Part shown: positions 37,357 through 40,437 of the stretch, piece after piece
Layout of the letters: each line of letters starts with the position of its first letter
Position numbering within the stretch: position 1 is the stretch's first letter
NCBI GenBank assembly: GCA_044356215.1
Contig: JBIKWQ010000029.1
Span: 1-40,437 of the forward strand
DNA: 40,437 nucleotides
DNA from: Bdellovibrionota bacterium
GTDB taxonomy: Bacteria; Bdellovibrionota_C; UBA2361; OMII01
Reading direction: 5' to 3'
Notes under the pieces: model-generated
Databases searched by the model: none
What the model saw: the letters and a program-made list of their open reading frames with translations, nothing else
What the model was told of the DNA's origin: nothing
Program-made: the position numbers and the translations under genes

Positions 37357-38040
37357 TCAGAGCTTCCCCCGCTCCAAATCAAAATAGCTCGCGATCGTTG
37401 AGTAACTTAAGCCCCCTAATCTAGCGACCGGGTTTATCTCGCTTAACAACACCTTACCGTTGTTCCATGCACGCGAGTGAATGTGGCACCTTACTACTTC
37501 TCCAATCACCACTGTCGAGGCCCCAGCCTCAGCCTTACCGACCTGTGTCAGGCTCAGCAATCGGCACTCAAAATGAACGGGAGCTTCAGCTACCCGAGGA
37601 GGTGAAACAAGGTCCGAGCTTATCGGAGTCAAACCAGCGCGGTCTAATTCGCTCTCGCCGTAAGGAAGATCAACAGAGCAGAAGTTCATCGGTTCAGCCA
37701 TCCACGCGCCAACTGTGTTAACCACAAACTCCTTTGACCTCTCTATGTTAATCAACGTGTCCTTCTTTGTCCCATTTGGCTTAAAACCAATAGAAAACAT
37801 GACCGCCATCGGCTTGCTCGATACACCATTAAAAAAACTAAATGGCGCGACGTTGACCGTTCCATTTTCATTTACCGTTGAGACAAACGCGATCGGCCGA
37901 GGCACTATCGATCCGATTAGTATCTTGTAAGCCGCTGCTGCCTCTAGCTCTCTTGGATCTATGGAGATCATCTCGGATACAGGAGAAGTGACCTTGTCTC
38001 CGGGCCGCCAAGCTGGATTAGGTGGAGGTATTTGCTTCAT
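37357..38040 (-). CDS. Flavin reductase-like FMN-binding protein
   Basis: VPRPIAFVST, NVAPFSFFN, KDTLINI, EFVVN and RLGG.SY motifs. Confidence 0.9.
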   Translation of the reverse strand: MKQIPPPNPAWRPGDKVTSPVSEMISIDPRELEAAAAYKILIGSIVPRPIAFVSTVNENGTVNVAPFSFFNGVSSKPMAVMFSIGFKPNGTKKDTLINIERSKEFVVNTVGAWMAEPMNFCSVDLPYGESELDRAGLTPISSDLVSPPRVAEAPVHFECRLLSLTQVGKAEAGASTVVIGEVVRCHIHSRAWNNGKVLLSEINPVARLGGLSYSTIASYFDLERGKL

Positions 38041-38079
38041 AGCTACTCAATACCCGATCGATAACAGTGTGCCAAGTAA

Positions 38080-39030
38080 TTAGACCAACACAACCGAACT
38101 GTACCCTCCCTCGATAACAGCTCCACGCAGCGCCAATACATCCCTCACTTGAGAGCTAGACCTGACTAGATTATCGCCCTCTAGTACCGCCCACGGACCA
38201 ACGCATGCATGATCTTCTATTGTACACCGTGGTCCTATCCAGACCGGCCCGTCTATGACGGCCTTAGCTGATATTATAGCAGAGGGATCAATACATACCG
38301 ACGGAGACTGCCGTCTAAGATAGATCCGATTAAGCTCAAGGAGATCAGATTGATTTGTCAGGTCAATCCTCTCGTTAACAAACGAGCCAACCAAGAGAAA
38401 ACGGGGATCTCCGCACATTTCAGAGAAAACACCGGTTAACTCATACTCTCCCCTGGCTGAAGGTTTAAGCTGCTCTAGCTGTTTAAATACACCGGTATTA
38501 CAGATATAGAGTGGCAACGCCGTAATATCAGAGGTCCGCTCTTCCGGCTTTGGCTTCTCAATTAGACTCGAGATCCTACCGTCTGACTCTAAATTCACGA
38601 CTGAGCGCGATTGAAGCGAAACATTACGATCAACTCGCATAACCCCAAGTGAGACACTAGCCTCTCTATCGTTATGGGTTTTAATCAGTGAACAGATCTC
38701 ACTGGCCCTAACGATGCTATCGCACGCTGATATCAAGAAATCCCCAGAGATCAATCCCGCGCAAACCTTTAAAGCGTCCCCACTTCCCAGTGGTTTATCT
38801 TGCTGAAGAACTGTTACACCCCTCCGCCCTTTGAAATAATCTCTTAAATCGATATCGCGAGGAGAAGCGACGATAAGAAAATTAGTTATTCCAGCGGCCG
38901 CGATCTCATCGATTACCCGCTGGATCATAGGCAGCCCTAAAACTGGAACCATCGGCTTAGAGCGCCGCTCTGTAACTCTTTCGAGACGCGATCCCCTTCC
39001 TGCCGCCAATATCACCGCTGTATGAACCAT
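38080..39030 (-). CDS. Sugar-1-phosphate nucleotidyltransferase with C-terminal hexapeptide region
   Basis: AVILAAGRGSRL...KPM, Q..PLGSGDA, EKP and SARGEYELT motifs; short left-handed beta-helix tail. Confidence 0.88.
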   Translation of the reverse strand: MVHTAVILAAGRGSRLERVTERRSKPMVPVLGLPMIQRVIDEIAAAGITNFLIVASPRDIDLRDYFKGRRGVTVLQQDKPLGSGDALKVCAGLISGDFLISACDSIVRASEICSLIKTHNDREASVSLGVMRVDRNVSLQSRSVVNLESDGRISSLIEKPKPEERTSDITALPLYICNTGVFKQLEQLKPSARGEYELTGVFSEMCGDPRFLLVGSFVNERIDLTNQSDLLELNRIYLRRQSPSVCIDPSAIISAKAVIDGPVWIGPRCTIEDHACVGPWAVLEGDNLVRSSSQVRDVLALRGAVIEGGYSSVVLV

Positions 39031-40272
39031 TTAAATCCGCTCCAACTTAACTGACTCACTCAACTCACAGATGTGCATCGAATAGCTCTTGGCTAACTCA
39101 GGATGCCTATCTGTGTATCGTTGATGAACTTTTTCGATCACCCTATCTCGCTTTCGAGGGTCGATCAGGGCCAAACAACACCCCTGAAAACCACCGCCAC
39201 AAAAACGAGCTCCATAAACTCCATCGTTTTCGGCTAGAATCTCATAAAGCGAAATTAACGCCGGACTACCACTTTCGAAATTTACAATTGAGCTCTCTCC
39301 TGACTTAGTTACCAATTCGCCAAAACGCTGGATATCCCCAGCGGCCCAAGCCACCGTCCCGTCACTAACTCTCTCAGCCTCGCTGAAGAAATGCTTCGCT
39401 CTTCCATGTAGAGGTTTCGGCAAATCTGGGTTAAACCGCTGATAGACTTCAGTAGGCACGTCACCAAGACGGGGCTTAAGTGGCACTGGCAACTTGCCCA
39501 ACTCAAGCAACATGCGCGCCGCCTCATGACATTCACTGACCCGTTGATTAAATGGCGTCGCCGTTAGCTGTCTCGATAATCCTGAGTAAATAACCAAAAC
39601 CTCCCAAGGCACCGCCGCTGCCCCGAGTTTTAGCGCTCGAACAGAATTGCCGCGACAATCGATCACGGTCAATGCCCCCCGCTTGCTAAAAAGAATCACT
39701 GACTGATCAAGTACACCGTTATTAAGACCCAGATAGCCGTTCTCAATCCTAAGAACCAACTTCACTAACTCTTCTGATGATATCCGATAATCGTTTAGGT
39801 AAGCTAATGCTGTCAGGTACGCCAACGAAACCGATGCCGAAGAACTTAACCCGCCTATCGGCATCTCGCCGTAAACAACTCCGCTAAAGCCAGTATTGAT
39901 CACTCTGTCTGATTCGCGCAGAGCAACTATCGCCCCTCGCAAGTAGTTCCCCCACTCTCCGGTTACTTTTGCTCCGACCTGTCCCAGATCAACAGACAGG
40001 CGTTGCTGAAAGTTCTGACTGAAAACCGACACCGCTGAATTTTTAGAAGGCGTCGCTACTAGGCGAGTCGCGCGATCTATCGTAAATCCAGTAACGATAC
40101 CGCCTTGATGATCACTGTGTGCCCCTAAGGGACAGAGCCTAAGTGGAACTTCAACTGAAAACTGGTGAGCATCTTTCCGCTCCGCGAATTCGGCGCCCAA
40201 CCGCGCGCGCAGCGCGGCTGTCACGTCATCAGGTTGTTCTCTGGGGATTAAAGGGATCTCAGATAAGCTCAC
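39031..40272 (-). CDS. GHMP sugar kinase, galacturonokinase-like
   Basis: PLRLCPLGAHSDHQGG, GGLSSSAS, ENGYLGLNNGVLDQ and GARFCGGGFQGCC motifs. Confidence 0.85.
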   Translation of the reverse strand: MSLSEIPLIPREQPDDVTAALRARLGAEFAERKDAHQFSVEVPLRLCPLGAHSDHQGGIVTGFTIDRATRLVATPSKNSAVSVFSQNFQQRLSVDLGQVGAKVTGEWGNYLRGAIVALRESDRVINTGFSGVVYGEMPIGGLSSSASVSLAYLTALAYLNDYRISSEELVKLVLRIENGYLGLNNGVLDQSVILFSKRGALTVIDCRGNSVRALKLGAAAVPWEVLVIYSGLSRQLTATPFNQRVSECHEAARMLLELGKLPVPLKPRLGDVPTEVYQRFNPDLPKPLHGRAKHFFSEAERVSDGTVAWAAGDIQRFGELVTKSGESSIVNFESGSPALISLYEILAENDGVYGARFCGGGFQGCCLALIDPRKRDRVIEKVHQRYTDRHPELAKSYSMHICELSESVKLERI

Positions 40273-40437
40273 TATTGCCTCATCATCTGCTCATGAAACT
40301 ACTCGGCATGTTTTGCCTTAATAACGTTAGCTCCTATTAAGGGAAGGCCGGCAAAACCCCTCCCTACTGCGAAAGTGGATCTTGAGCTGCTCTTCGATTT
40401 TCGAGATGGGAAAAAATCCTCAATGTATCACAGGGGA

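Noticed and set aside
2533..40340. Numerous antisense or nested ORFs in the track (e.g. 2533+, 7999+, 15559+, 21262+, 24707+, 27215+, 34526+)
   Set aside because: Shadow frames of well-supported genes on the opposite strand or in another frame.
40273..40437. Possible partial CDS at the right edge
   Set aside because: All three minus frames entering from the edge hit stops quickly and nothing is recognisable; treated as the upstream region of the kinase.

Overview
Chromosomal window of a Gram-negative bacterium. Gene content looks deltaproteobacteria/Bdellovibrionota-like, but this is a weak inference. Most of it is housekeeping: queG, tRNA-Glu(TTC), a polyprenyl synthase, a tolQ-tolR-tolA-tolB-pal-cpoB-ribF-rluD-pgeF run, gap-tpiA, a PfkB kinase, ispH, tyrA, a hybrid histidine kinase, dcd, rpsT, lptE, the rpmJ-rpsM-rpsK-rpsD-rpoA-rplQ cluster and valS. 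The accessory or unusual signals are: (1) two divergent HUH/Y1 (RAYT/IS200-like) nuclease genes, one truncated at the left edge and absent from the ORF track, each with repeat- or hairpin-rich non-coding DNA upstream, including three GTAG-initiated palindromes; (2) a GHMP kinase with plant galacturonokinase-type motifs abutting a sugar-1-phosphate nucleotidyltransferase, a candidate bacterial uronate salvage route; (3) a solitary MenA1-like antitoxin upstream of a type-2 valS; (4) long structured non-coding leaders upstream of pal, rpmJ and a small unknown gene; (5) a GNAT plus deacetylase cassette overlapping ispH. No CRISPR array, rRNA or prophage is seen. All family assignments come from motif recognition by eye, not from database searches.
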